NCBI GenBank assembly: GCA_965222885.1
Contig: OZ244973.1
Coordinates: 1,398,172-1,462,171, forward strand
DNA: 64,000 nucleotides
Source of the DNA: Terriglobia bacterium
Lineage (GTDB): Bacteria; Acidobacteriota; Terriglobia; UBA7540; JAPUME01
Direction: 5' to 3'
Positions within the stretch are counted from its first letter, which is position 1; every line of letters starts with the position of its first letter. Both the position numbers and the translations under genes were made by a program. Positions 39,555 through 50,404 of the stretch are shown piece after piece. A model generated the notes under the pieces. It was not told where the DNA came from. It did not search any database and was given only the letters and a program-made list of their open reading frames with translations.

Positions 39555-39760
39555 GCGGGTCTGAACCCATACGCTTGTCCGCCCATCTCCAGGCGATAGG
39601 CAGGAATAAAATAGCGTGCTGGTTGCTCGCCGTGTTCCTTGCATTCGGTCCGATTTACTGGCGGCCTGGCGTCAGCGTGGAGGTGCTGCGACGGGTTGAG
39701 TGGAGTATCTTTCTCGTGGCGCCAGGTCTGGTCTTCGGGCCAGATCTGTTGAAGGGCTAG
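39551..39760 (+). pseudogene. truncated membrane protein, possibly a Wzy/O-antigen-ligase-like N-terminal stub
   Basis: ATGA-coupled to the upstream GT. 69 aa with two hydrophobic segments, then TAG. Hydrophobic reading continues in other frames (LVPLVFAGILFL). Confidence 0.25.
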
Positions 39761-39977
39761 GCAGACTCCGCTACCCGGCTGGATCGCTGGTTCCACTGGT
39801 TTTCGCCGGCATTCTGTTCCTTTAGGTTCCAGGGTTGGTACAAGGCGGCGAGCCGTTTCGAGTGATCGTATTCGTCATCCAGCTTGACCTCTGCGGCGCG
39901 TTTTCTGGTGTTTCTTCTGCATCGCTACGGATGGCGGCAACGTACGAACGATTCCCGCATGCACCCTTCGACGGGAT

Positions 39978-41273
39978 TTACAGCCGTAAGACGTTGGCGG
40001 AATCTCTCCCGAGAGCGTTGCGGGTGTCGAAGACTAGCGGAGAGTGTTCTTGAATCATGGGGTAGTCAACGCAGGAGTGGTCGGTCACCAATACCACGAT
40101 ATCGTAGGTCCTCAAAGTGTCCGGGCTAACTTCAGCGGATTTCCGAGTGCCGTCCTCGAGAGCCAGTTCCGGAACAAACGGGTCCGAGTATTCGACGTGG
40201 GCACCGTCCTCCTCCAGCAGTCGAATCATGTCCAGAGCAGGAGATTCACGTGTGTCGCTGGTGTCTTTCTTGTAGGCCACTCCAAGAAAAAGAATCCGGG
40301 CTCCGTTGACGCACTTGCAGTTCTGGTTGAGAGCCTTGGTGATTCGTTGGACGCAGTACTCGGGCATCTGAGCATTGACTTCACTTGCCAGCTCAATGAA
40401 ACGAGCGTTGTAGTTCAGCATCTTCAGTTTCCACGAAAGATAAAGAGGATCGATCGGGATGCAGTGGCCTCCGAGCCCCGGTCCAGGAAAGAACGGCATG
40501 AATCCGAATGGTTTTGTGGCTGCCGCCTCGATCACCTCCCACACCGAAACATCCAGCTTGTCGCACATGATGGCGATCTCATTCACCAGGCCGATGTTAA
40601 CGGCACGGAAGGTGTTCTCGAGAAGCTTTACCATCTCGGCGGTAGCCGACGACGAGACGGCGACTATCTGTTCAATGGACTGCTGATAGAGAAGCTTGGC
40701 CATCTGCGTACAACGCCGGGTGATTCCTCCGACCACCTTGGGAGTGTTATGGGTTTTGTAGGTGGCGTTACCCGGATCGCGACGTTCCGGTGAAAAGGCA
40801 ACAAAAACGTCTTTTCCTACTTCCAGATTATCTCCCCGGAGGTCATTGACTAGAAGTTCCTCGGTACCCCCGGGGTAGGTCGTGCTCTCCAAGACGATCA
40901 GCATGTCCGGGTGTATGTGGGCACGGATACTCTTGGATGCCGCCATGATATAGCTTATATCCGGGTCCTTTGTCTTTCGTAGCGGAGTGGGTACGCAAAT
41001 GATGATGCAGTCCATCTCTGCGACCACGCTGTAGTCGCTGTGGGCTTGCAGACGGCCGGACTTGACCGCCTTCCGTAGATCCTCGTGTGCGACATCAGCT
41101 AGGTAGGAAACGCCGCTCGCGATCTTCTCCACTCTCCGTGAGTCAATCTCAATGCCGTGTACCCTAAACCCGGCACGCGCGAATTCCAGAGCCAGTGGCA
41201 GTCCCACATAGCCCAACCCGACGACTCCGAGCTGAGCTTCCCTCGAAATAATCTTTGATTCCAAGCTATTCAT
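39978..41273 (-). CDS. nucleotide-sugar 6-dehydrogenase (UDP-GlcNAc/UDP-ManNAc dehydrogenase family)
   Basis: QLGVVGLGYVGLPLALEFA Rossmann N-terminus, catalytic GLGGHCIPIDP, 431 aa. Confidence 0.85.
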   Translation of the reverse strand: MNSLESKIISREAQLGVVGLGYVGLPLALEFARAGFRVHGIEIDSRRVEKIASGVSYLADVAHEDLRKAVKSGRLQAHSDYSVVAEMDCIIICVPTPLRKTKDPDISYIMAASKSIRAHIHPDMLIVLESTTYPGGTEELLVNDLRGDNLEVGKDVFVAFSPERRDPGNATYKTHNTPKVVGGITRRCTQMAKLLYQQSIEQIVAVSSSATAEMVKLLENTFRAVNIGLVNEIAIMCDKLDVSVWEVIEAAATKPFGFMPFFPGPGLGGHCIPIDPLYLSWKLKMLNYNARFIELASEVNAQMPEYCVQRITKALNQNCKCVNGARILFLGVAYKKDTSDTRESPALDMIRLLEEDGAHVEYSDPFVPELALEDGTRKSAEVSPDTLRTYDIVVLVTDHSCVDYPMIQEHSPLVFDTRNALGRDSANVLRL

Positions 41274-41650
41274 CGATACCCCACGTAACTAATTCGGCAG
41301 GTTTCGCCGACTTGTTTTCAAAAAGCGCTGTACGACCAGCACAATAAGCGTAGAAAAGATAGGCAGCAAAGTCAAAGGATGAGCCGCGTGTTCTCCTTCT
41401 GAACTGCTGGAGACGTTTCGCTTGGTCGAGCTTCAACCCGCCGTACTCGCGGCACCACCGATCGTAGCTGTGTTCGGTGATCTCAAGCCTCCGACAGGCG
41501 TCCTGACCCGTCGCTCCGCGGGCCAACTCAACCGCTGTCTCTCGAAGCTTGCGGACGATCTGCTCCGCGCTGTGTCTTCTCCTCTCCATGCTGACCCCCC
41601 TTTCACGATTCAGATCATGAGATTACATCTGGGTCCGTTCTAGGGGGTCA
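41266..41650 (-). mobile_element. IS3-family remnant B (left IR + truncated OrfA)
   Basis: The minus-strand end reads TGACCCCCTAGAACGG from 41650. OrfA-like MERRRHSAEQIVRKLRETAVELARGATGQDACRRLEITEHSYDRWCREYGGLKLDQAKRL, then unrelated sequence. No OrfB. Confidence 0.6.
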
Positions 41651-41699
41651 GATCAGTCTAGTTTTCTGGCAGCAGACCACTGTGGCAGCGGCCACCGTC

Positions 41700-41723
41700 A
41701 AGAAACCGTCAGAAAACTCGCCC
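41700..41723 (+). repeat. island-flanking direct repeat, right copy (att-like)
   Basis: AAGAAACCGTCAGAAAACTCGCCC; see 32056-32079. Confidence 0.5.
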
Positions 41724-41836
41724 CTCAAGCGGGCGAACCGTAGGCGTTGCGAGCGAAAGCAGACGCCCCAAAACCGTGTAAGAGCAACAAAAGGAAGGAA
41801 TTGGGAGAAAACCGTGGAAGACGCCAGCCTGCTTGG

Positions 41837-42616
41837 CTAGCGGACCACTCCTTCGAGAGGACTGGAAGCGGTGGCGTAGAGTTTGGGAGTCATCCGTCCG
41901 GCGAGAAAAGCGTGCCGGCCGGCGATGACGGCGTGCTTCATGGCTTGGGCCATGACGGCGGGGTCCTGGGCGAGGGCGATACCGCTGTTCATCAGCACGG
42001 CATCGGAGCCCAGCTCCATCGCCACGGCGGCATCGGAGGCGATACCGACCCCAGCGTCCACGATCAAAGGTACCGTTGTGATCTTTTCGCGTAGAATGCG
42101 CAGGTTGGTGAGGTTCTGAATGCCGAGCCCGGAGCCGATGGGAGCGCCCAGGGGCATGATCGCAGCCGCTCCGGCATCGATCAACCGGCGAGCTGCAATC
42201 AGATCATCATTGGTGTAGGGCAGCACAACAAAGCCTTCGCGGACCAATGTCCGGGTGGCTTGGACCAGTTCTGCATTGTCGGGAAACAGCGTTGCTTCAT
42301 CCCCGATTACCTCCAACTTGACCCAGTGGGAAAGACCCGTTTCCCGGGCCAGCCGTGCCGTTCGGATGGCTTCCTCGGCCGTGTAGCAACCGGCCGTGTT
42401 CGGCAGAATGAAATACTTCTCCCGCGGGATATAATCCAGGACTGACTCCCGAGTGCGGTCGTCGAGATTCACGCGGCGGACGGCGACAGTCACCATGCGA
42501 GCGCCGGAGGCCTCATGCGCTTCCATCATCTGCCGCATCGTGGCATATTTGCCCGTACCCACGATGAGCCGTGAGTGGAATTCGCGGTCCGCGATGCGAA
42601 GAAGATCATTTTCCAT
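41837..42616 (-). CDS. thiG: thiazole synthase
   Basis: [45 protein letters not shown]. The start is ATG at 42616 or 42622; the track ORF runs to 42772. Confidence 0.9.
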   Translation of the reverse strand: MENDLLRIADREFHSRLIVGTGKYATMRQMMEAHEASGARMVTVAVRRVNLDDRTRESVLDYIPREKYFILPNTAGCYTAEEAIRTARLARETGLSHWVKLEVIGDEATLFPDNAELVQATRTLVREGFVVLPYTNDDLIAARRLIDAGAAAIMPLGAPIGSGLGIQNLTNLRILREKITTVPLIVDAGVGIASDAAVAMELGSDAVLMNSGIALAQDPAVMAQAMKHAVIAGRHAFLAGRMTPKLYATASSPLEGVVR

Positions 42617-42771
42617 GGACATGTTCTCAATTGTAGCGGGTACGGCGATGGATTGCAAATGCGAGGAGGGTTCCATTCGGCAAGGATACAAGGCGCCCAG
42701 GTCCGCATCCTCGCGAAGCGCTTCGTATCCTGGCGCCCGTGGCTTTGGAGTATAATCGGCAAAGTACCGCA

Positions 42772-44100
42772 ATGAGTTTCGCCCCCAATCTCGAAGCCAA
42801 CGACTTGGCCTCTCTAAAACGCAAGATCGAGGCCTTCGTAAGTCAGGCAGCCCATCCCGCCGTGATCGAAAACGAGGAGAGGCTCTTTGATCTTCACAGC
42901 TCCCATTGGAGATTAAGCATTGCGTTCGGGAAGTTGATCTTGGAGGTTTGGAACCCTTTACGAAATCTCAGGCGGAACATTGAAGAGTTGGCTTTTCAGG
43001 ACTTCGGCCGCCTGGGACTGTCCGTTCGTAGGTCTGTAGGTCAGAGGGGTGGAGTCCTTGAGATTCGAGAGCTGGGCCGTGAGATTCGGCTGTCGAGGGA
43101 GGCGGCGCGCGGGCGGTTCCGCACGCAGCTTGTGATGGCCTTGGCGAAGCAATTTCCCGATTGGACATTCGAAAGGGTGAGTAACCGATCGGACCGGGAG
43201 CGTTCCCTTTCGGGCATCTACACCCGGGGATTGGCACGCCGAGGAAGAATTGCGTGGGGATTCCTGGGGGTTTCTCCTGCCGAGAACCCTGACAGTATTC
43301 CCCATATTCTGGGCTTTGGGTTGGTTTGGCTCCACTGGCTCCAAACTCAACTGGAGGGGGTTACAGTGCAAGGGCTGAAACTGTTTTTACCGGCCGGGTT
43401 CAGTGCTCCCGTCGCCCATCGAATGGCTCACCTGAACGGGCGATTGGCCCGTTTTGAACTTTATGAAGGGGTGCCCGAGGCCGGCCCCTACCGCCAAGTG
43501 GATATTCATGACTATGGAAACGTGGAGACTCGGTTGAGGCCTTACTGCGGTGAGGAGCCGCAACTTTCCGGTCACCGGAAATGGCTGGCCCGGGCCGATA
43601 GGAAAGGTGAAAACGCCCCGCGTCAACCCGAGCTTTGGTTGGAGGAACTCTTGTGCCAGGACGTCTCCCGGATCGATCACCTGCTGGATAACCTCAGTGT
43701 CTATCGCCAGGTGTTTTCCTTTGTCGGGGCAGATCGGGGTATTCTCGACATTCTCACCCGGACGCGCAACGGACGGCTGGCGGTTCTGGAGTTGAAGATG
43801 CAGGAGGACGTCAATTTTGTCTTGCAGGGACTCGATTATTGGATGCGTGTTCAGTGGCTCAATGATCGCAGTCAACTCCAGAAATTCGGCTATTTCCCGC
43901 ATCGCCCCCTGTCATCCAGTTCGCCCTTGTTGTACCTGATCTCGCCGGCGTTCCGGTTTCATTCCACCACGGATGGGGTGGCCCGTTATCTTTCGCCACA
44001 GGTCGAGGTCATCAAGGTGGGAATCGCGCCGGCCCGGCGGAGGGGCATCCAGGTGCTCTTTCGACGACAAATCCAGCCCCCGGTCACGGCCAAAGGTTAG
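42772..44100 (+). CDS. hypothetical protein with C-terminal NucS/DUF91-like PD-(D/E)xK nuclease-type motif
   Basis: ATG at 42772, 15 nt after TATAAT (42751-42756). The C-terminal segment [42 protein letters not shown] fits G-x-ID-hL ... hhhELK ... Q-x-x-x-Y. The N-terminal 300 aa are unassigned. Confidence 0.5.
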   Translation: MSFAPNLEANDLASLKRKIEAFVSQAAHPAVIENEERLFDLHSSHWRLSIAFGKLILEVWNPLRNLRRNIEELAFQDFGRLGLSVRRSVGQRGGVLEIRELGREIRLSREAARGRFRTQLVMALAKQFPDWTFERVSNRSDRERSLSGIYTRGLARRGRIAWGFLGVSPAENPDSIPHILGFGLVWLHWLQTQLEGVTVQGLKLFLPAGFSAPVAHRMAHLNGRLARFELYEGVPEAGPYRQVDIHDYGNVETRLRPYCGEEPQLSGHRKWLARADRKGENAPRQPELWLEELLCQDVSRIDHLLDNLSVYRQVFSFVGADRGILDILTRTRNGRLAVLELKMQEDVNFVLQGLDYWMRVQWLNDRSQLQKFGYFPHRPLSSSSPLLYLISPAFRFHSTTDGVARYLSPQVEVIKVGIAPARRRGIQVLFRRQIQPPVTAKG

Positions 44101-44373
44101 GGGTGGCGATCTTACATCGAGTATTTTGACGCACCGCGCGGATCAGGTTCCGGGGAGTACGAGGCTCGATCCCCACCCCACGGATTGAGAATCTCTGCTA
44201 TGGGGGCAATACCCCGTCCCTTGAGGTGCACTCCGATTCGGGCCACTGGGTGATGATCGACCCGAACCGGCCTGACAACGGGGTGGATGAGCTTTTGCGC
44301 ACGGCCCCGGACGAGTCTCCTCTTACCCATGCCGCGCGGGAGGCCATGGAGATTACCTTCCAACCTGATTCGG

Positions 44374-44823
44374 CTAAATCTGTTTTTCCGAATCCAGCAG
44401 CAGGGTAACCGGACCGTCGTTGACCAATTCCACCTCCATCATCTCCTGGAACCGGCCGGTTTGGACGTCTGCTCCCGTGCCGCGCAGGAAGCCCAGAAAT
44501 TCTTGGAAGCGTGCGCGAGCCTCTGCCGGCCGAGCTGCGCGCTCGTAATTCGGCCGGCGGCCCCTGCGGCAGTCGCCGTAGAGGGTAAGCTGGGAGACGC
44601 AGAGAATTTCGCCTCCCGTCTCCAGCAGCGAACGGTTCAACTTCCCTTCGCCATCCGGAAAGATACGTAGATGGACCACCTTTTCCGCCAGCGCCCGTGC
44701 GTCGGCGGAAGTGTCTGACCTTCCGATGGCCACCAACAGGGTCATGCCCGGGCCGATCCGGCCCACGGTCTCCCCGCCCACGCGCACCGCCGCGTGGCGA
44801 ACTCTTTGCATTACAACTCGCAT
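44374..44823 (-). CDS. dtd: D-aminoacyl-tRNA deacylase
   Basis: MRVVMQRV..., SQLTLYGD, NDGPVTLLLD. Confidence 0.9.
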   Translation of the reverse strand: MRVVMQRVRHAAVRVGGETVGRIGPGMTLLVAIGRSDTSADARALAEKVVHLRIFPDGEGKLNRSLLETGGEILCVSQLTLYGDCRRGRRPNYERAARPAEARARFQEFLGFLRGTGADVQTGRFQEMMEVELVNDGPVTLLLDSEKQI

Positions 44824-44917
44824 CGGAATTGCGACCTCGGCAGGTTTTCCGGGGCGGTAAGCCGAGTGGAGACCCGCAAGCCGAGGACTTCTCTGGGTGT
44901 CTTACGATGACAGGGAT

Positions 44918-47542
44918 TCATGCCAGCAGCTTCCCGAGTCCCGCACGGACTCGTTGTTCGGTAGGGGAGTCGAGTTTCTGATTCTGGCGTGTGAGGTAGA
45001 ACACGTCGATGGCCTTCCCGCCCTCGGTATCAATCAAGGCGACTTCAATGTTGCATTCGAGCTGAGAGAGGGTGCGTCCGATATCGTGGAGCAGCGCGGG
45101 TCGGTCTGCTGTGTAGATCTCCAGGAGAGTCGCGCGGGTCGAGATTTCGTTATCGAAGAGGATCTGCGTCGGAATGTGCGTCTTATATTTTTTTCGAGCC
45201 GGGCTTTCGCGGCGGCCGGCAATCAACGGGCTTACTTCCCGCTTGCCTTCAATGACCAGGCGTAAAGTCTCCTGAAAACGATCCTTTTCCGAGGGATTTA
45301 GTTCGAAGTTGCGGTGGGGATCGTCGAATACGAAGGAATCCAGGATCATGCCGCGCCGGTTGGCAAAAGCGTCCGCCTTGAGAATGTTCATTCCGAAGGC
45401 GGCCAGCAGACCCGTGATTTGGGTAAACAGCGAGGGGCGATCCGCCGTCAATACGACCAGGGAATACCATCCCCCTTTCTTTTCGAGTACCGACTCGACT
45501 CGCCGGTGGGACAGGTCGGAAGACAGTTGGAAGTGCTTTAAGATTTCCTCTGCCGAATGGGTCCGCAGGTAGTGCCGGGGAAACCCTTCGAGAAACGCTT
45601 GGAGCGACGCTGGCTCAGCCTTTCCCGCCAGAGACGCCACCACGGTTTGCATCTGCGGATGCACCCCGGCCGAGTGGAACCGGTCGTCATCAACGGTGTG
45701 GGTCAGCTCATTGTAGGTGGCGGCGTAAAGTTGCCAGAGCAGGTCCCGCTTCCAGGAGGTGAGCGCGGCCGGGTTGACCGATTGGATGTCCACGTAGGTC
45801 AACAGGGTAAGCATCTTGAGCCGGTCCACGGTGGCCACGCGGTCGGCGAACTGGCGTACGACTTCCTCGCGATGGAAGTCGCGCCGCATCAGGGTGGCGG
45901 ACATCTCCAGATGATTCGCAATCAGAAACCGAACCTGAATCTTTTCCTCTTCCTCTATCCGCAGGCGGGACATGATTGGCTCGATGATCCGCAAGCCGGC
46001 CGCGACGTGGCCGTCCGGTTGCGTCCCTTTGCCGATGTCGTGAAAGAGCAGGACGAAGAAGAGAATTTCGGGACGCTCCAGCTCCGCGAGGATTTCGCCG
46101 AAATTGGGCATCCATCGCTGGTGGGTTCCGTCTCCTTCCGCAACGGCGTCGCGACGGGTTTTCGGTCCGGCCCGGAGCTCGTGCAAATGCTTGATGGTCA
46201 GCAGAGAGTGCTCATCGACGGTATAGCGGTGATAGAAGTCGCGAATCACCAGACAGTCAATGGCCTTGAATTCGGGAAACAGAGTGGTCAGAACTCCCGT
46301 CTGGTGCATGGCGCCGAGCGCGTCGTAGGCGAACGGGGCGGTCAGGATTTGCCACAGATGAGCCCACAGGTCGGGAACCGATTTTGCCAGCGCCGGCAGG
46401 TGATCCCGGATCCGGCACTCCGTCTCGGCTCGCAAACCGGCGCCGTGACGCGCGATGACCTGGAACAGTTCCAGCAGCCGCTGGGAGCTCAAGGATGCGG
46501 AATCCTTCCAGTCGATCTTTCCCTGCGTGATTCTGAAGTGGCCGTCGTGGATCTGTGACTTTCGGGTGCGAAAACGGCTGAGGAGGGAAGCATGGGCGAT
46601 AGCGGTTTTGTCCGTCCAGGATTGTAACAAGGCGGACACGACCCGAGCCTGGCGGAAGTAATCTCGCATCCAATCCTCGGGAGGGCGCGAGCCGGTCTGG
46701 CTCAATCCTGCCATCTGCTCCTGCCGCTGGTAGGTCAAAGTGTTCTGGTCTTGGCCGTTCAAGTAGTGCAGGTGGGTGCGGACGTCGAACAGGAACTGCC
46801 TGGCCGAGAGGGGAGCGTCCAGCTTCCGGGTGGCCAGTTCCGGACCGGAGTGCAGGGTGCCCCGCTTTTCAAGATGCAGAATCTGGGCCGACCAGCAGGC
46901 GACCTGGAAATCGCGCAGTCCTCCCGGAGAGGATTTGACGTTCGGTTCCAGATGGTAAATGGTGTCTTCGTAGATTTGGTGGCGCTCGCGCGTAGCCTGG
47001 GTGAGGCTTCCGAGCAGCTTGAGCCCATCGCGGCGCGCCAGCCGGGGGATGGCTTCCTTCACCAGTTGCGTGTAGAGGGTCGCGTCGCCGGCCAGATAAC
47101 GGGCGTCGAGAAGGGCTATATTGAATTCAAGGTTTTCCGGATGAAAGCGCCCGCACTCATTGAGGAGCCGCGTCGAATGACCCAGCTCCAGTTTCAGGTC
47201 CCAGAGCTGCCTTAAGAATGCTCCCATCCGGTCGCGGCTTACCGCTTGGCCCACGCGCCGGCGGAACAGGAGTAGAAGGTCGATGTCGGAGTGAGGAAAG
47301 AGCTCTTCCCGGCCATATCCGCCCAGACCCACCAGGCAGAAATCCGCGGGGCCTGCGGGCACCGGCGAGATGCAGTCGGCATATACCTGGAGAATGACCC
47401 GGTCCACCAGGGCCGCGCGCGCGCGCGCCGTACCCGGCCCGTCACCCGTCGTAAAGAACTCCGCTTCGATCCTGGCCGACTCTTCGCGGTATCGGGTCGT
47501 CGGGGTTACGGGTGCGACGATTTTGTTTCCTGAAGCGCTCAT
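44918..47542 (-). CDS. glnD: [protein-PII] uridylyltransferase/uridylyl-removing enzyme
   Basis: 874 aa. NTase GLGGYGREELFPHSDIDLL, HD domain LLFHDIGK, two C-terminal ACT-like domains. Confidence 0.9.
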   Translation of the reverse strand: MSASGNKIVAPVTPTTRYREESARIEAEFFTTGDGPGTARARAALVDRVILQVYADCISPVPAGPADFCLVGLGGYGREELFPHSDIDLLLLFRRRVGQAVSRDRMGAFLRQLWDLKLELGHSTRLLNECGRFHPENLEFNIALLDARYLAGDATLYTQLVKEAIPRLARRDGLKLLGSLTQATRERHQIYEDTIYHLEPNVKSSPGGLRDFQVACWSAQILHLEKRGTLHSGPELATRKLDAPLSARQFLFDVRTHLHYLNGQDQNTLTYQRQEQMAGLSQTGSRPPEDWMRDYFRQARVVSALLQSWTDKTAIAHASLLSRFRTRKSQIHDGHFRITQGKIDWKDSASLSSQRLLELFQVIARHGAGLRAETECRIRDHLPALAKSVPDLWAHLWQILTAPFAYDALGAMHQTGVLTTLFPEFKAIDCLVIRDFYHRYTVDEHSLLTIKHLHELRAGPKTRRDAVAEGDGTHQRWMPNFGEILAELERPEILFFVLLFHDIGKGTQPDGHVAAGLRIIEPIMSRLRIEEEEKIQVRFLIANHLEMSATLMRRDFHREEVVRQFADRVATVDRLKMLTLLTYVDIQSVNPAALTSWKRDLLWQLYAATYNELTHTVDDDRFHSAGVHPQMQTVVASLAGKAEPASLQAFLEGFPRHYLRTHSAEEILKHFQLSSDLSHRRVESVLEKKGGWYSLVVLTADRPSLFTQITGLLAAFGMNILKADAFANRRGMILDSFVFDDPHRNFELNPSEKDRFQETLRLVIEGKREVSPLIAGRRESPARKKYKTHIPTQILFDNEISTRATLLEIYTADRPALLHDIGRTLSQLECNIEVALIDTEGGKAIDVFYLTRQNQKLDSPTEQRVRAGLGKLLA

Positions 47543-47568
47543 GCGGGCGCCCGGCGGGTCAGATAGAG

Positions 47569-47934
<366 letters not shown>

Positions 47935-48105
47935 TTACGGGTCATGGCCAAGTCAATGCGCGGACCCGGGCCTGAATCAGCCCGCCTCTCGTCGGGTCCC
48001 TCCGTTGTTCCGCCACCCGGGGTGGGTCCCCCACCGGACGTCCTCCGCGCTTTGGGGAATGAAACGCGGAGGGGGCCGGTCCTTCTCTCCGGTGGAGAGG
48101 AACCC

Positions 48106-49563
48106 TTAGATCGCGCGACTGGGAGTGCCTCCCCCGGAGGCCGGAGTCGGAGTGAAGTCGGGGTAGGCGCGCGCCCCGTGTTCACTCAGGTCCAGCCCCT
48201 CGATCTCTTCCAGCTCCGTTACCCGGAGTCCTACTGTGACCTTGATTCCATAGAAAAGCAACAGGGCCAAGGGGAACGCCCAGATGCCGCAGGTAACGAC
48301 TCCCAGGATTTGCGCCCATAACTGGGATCCCAGAGCATACTCCTTTCCGAGGAAAAGGTTTTCATGGAGGAGGGCGGCGGCCAGCGTCCCCCAGATTCCG
48401 TTTACCAAGTGCACTGAAATCGCGCCGACCGGGTCGTCCACGCCCACGTCGTCAAAGAATAATACCGCAAAAACTACCAGGATGCCGGCAATCAGCCCGA
48501 TGAGGATGGCGCCCCCGGTGGTCACCGTGGCGCAGGGGGCGGTAATCGCGACCAAGCCTGCCAAGGAGCCGTTCACCGCCATGCTGATGTCGGGTTTTTT
48601 GACCCGAGCCCAGGCGGTAAATATCGCCGCCACGGCCCCCGCGCAGCCGGAAAGAAAGGTGTTGACGGCGATGCGGGAGACGTCTCCGGTGCCGGCGGTG
48701 GTGGACCCGGCATTGAATCCGAACCACCCGAGGAAGAGAATCAAGGCGCCGAGCGTGGCCATGCTCAAGCTGTGGCCCGGAATGGCGCGCGGGTTGCCGT
48801 TCCGGTCGTATTTGCCCAGGCGCGGGCCCAGCATGATGGCTCCGGCCAGAGCCGCCCAGCCCCCGACCGAGTGCACCACCGTGGAACCTGCGAAGTCGAT
48901 GAATCCCTTGTCGGCCAGCCAAGCTCCCGCGTTGTCCGCATAAAGGAGATTCCCCCAGGCCCAGTGGCCGAAAACAGGATAGATGAAAATGGCGATGACG
49001 AAGGTGTAGATCAGATAGCCGCTGAATTTCACCCTCTCGGCCACGGCGCCGGAAACAATGGTGGCTGCCGTGCCGGCGAATACCACCTGAAACATCCAAA
49101 AAGTGAACCCCCATTGGCCGTCCGGGGTGGTGTTATCGAATCCCGACAGGAAGAAATCCGATCCCCCCGTCCACAATTTCGTGCTGAGACCGAACATCAA
49201 GGCAAATCCCACGCCCCAATAGGCCAGTGCGGCTACCGAGATCGTCATCAGATTTTTAGCCATGATGTTCCCAGTGTTCTTGGCGCGCGTGAACCCGCCT
49301 TCGAGCATGGCGAAGCCGGCGGTCATCCAGAACACCAGGGCCGCGGCCAGAATGGTCCAGATGATGTCCACATTTTTCTGAACGTTGCTCACGCTCGCTT
49401 CGATCGCCGCGCTGACGGCGGCCGGAACGGTGGAGGAAGACTCGGCGGCGGCGACGGGGTTTTCCGCTTCCTGCGCCCACCCCATACGGGCCAGCCCCAC
49501 CGGACTGAGAACGGCGAATAGAAGTAACCAGACTGCTGAACGCATCACTTGATTCGAAGTCAT
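48106..49563 (-). CDS. amt: ammonium transporter
   Basis: 485 aa with a signal peptide and about 11 TM segments. AGFAMLEGG, DFAGSTVVHSVGG, VHLVNGIWG. Confidence 0.9.
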   Translation of the reverse strand: MTSNQVMRSAVWLLLFAVLSPVGLARMGWAQEAENPVAAAESSSTVPAAVSAAIEASVSNVQKNVDIIWTILAAALVFWMTAGFAMLEGGFTRAKNTGNIMAKNLMTISVAALAYWGVGFALMFGLSTKLWTGGSDFFLSGFDNTTPDGQWGFTFWMFQVVFAGTAATIVSGAVAERVKFSGYLIYTFVIAIFIYPVFGHWAWGNLLYADNAGAWLADKGFIDFAGSTVVHSVGGWAALAGAIMLGPRLGKYDRNGNPRAIPGHSLSMATLGALILFLGWFGFNAGSTTAGTGDVSRIAVNTFLSGCAGAVAAIFTAWARVKKPDISMAVNGSLAGLVAITAPCATVTTGGAILIGLIAGILVVFAVLFFDDVGVDDPVGAISVHLVNGIWGTLAAALLHENLFLGKEYALGSQLWAQILGVVTCGIWAFPLALLLFYGIKVTVGLRVTELEEIEGLDLSEHGARAYPDFTPTPASGGGTPSRAI

Positions 49564-49682
49564 TTTTGGGAGTCTCCTCTTTGAATTCTTTGGACCCGGT
49601 TCGCGGTTGAAAATCGCAGCCCAAGGGCCGCCCCGGGCTTCTGCCGATTTACCGGGCGACAGCCGGAAGATCGCAATCGTCC

Positions 49683-50117
<435 letters not shown>

Positions 50118-50404
50118 TTATAGAAGAATCTGGCGCGGGCCCGACTGGGGTGGTAATCTGGTGGGAGGATAAGATTTTAACCCCAGGCAAAGGCCCGCAA
50201 AAATTCATAACAACCCTTCGAGAGGAGGCTTCCGGGAGATTCGGCTGGCCAGCAATGGGCCTGCTCCTCGATATCCTCTGATTGAATGGTTCGGTGGCTT
50301 TCTTAAATTCACCCACCGGCTTTCTCTGCAGATGGTTCCTGTTTCGCCGCGCACCGGCAGGCATTCGGTGCCTTACGCCGCGCGCGCGGTCCCGCAAGAG
50401 GCCT

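Larger units (their letters stand above)
32056..41723. mobile_element. about 9.7-kb integrase/excisionase genomic island carrying a decaying glycan-modification cassette
   Basis: Bounded by imperfect 24-bp direct repeats. int and xis sit at the left edge, and there are two IS3-family remnants. Several cargo genes are truncated. Composition looks less GC-rich by eye than the flanks. Housekeeping genes lie on both sides. Confidence 0.6.

Noticed and set aside
42617-42771. TPP riboswitch upstream of thiG on the minus strand.
   Set aside because: There is no CUGAGA box and no ACCUGAUCUGGAUAAUGCCAGCG-like segment. Only an imperfect CAGGATAC/GTATCCT stem is present. The region also has to hold the promoter of the divergent gene.
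44226-44408. 60-aa plus-strand ORF between the nuclease-like gene and dtd.
   Set aside because: GTG start with no usable RBS spacing. It overlaps the convergent dtd 3' end by 35 nt. No family recognised.
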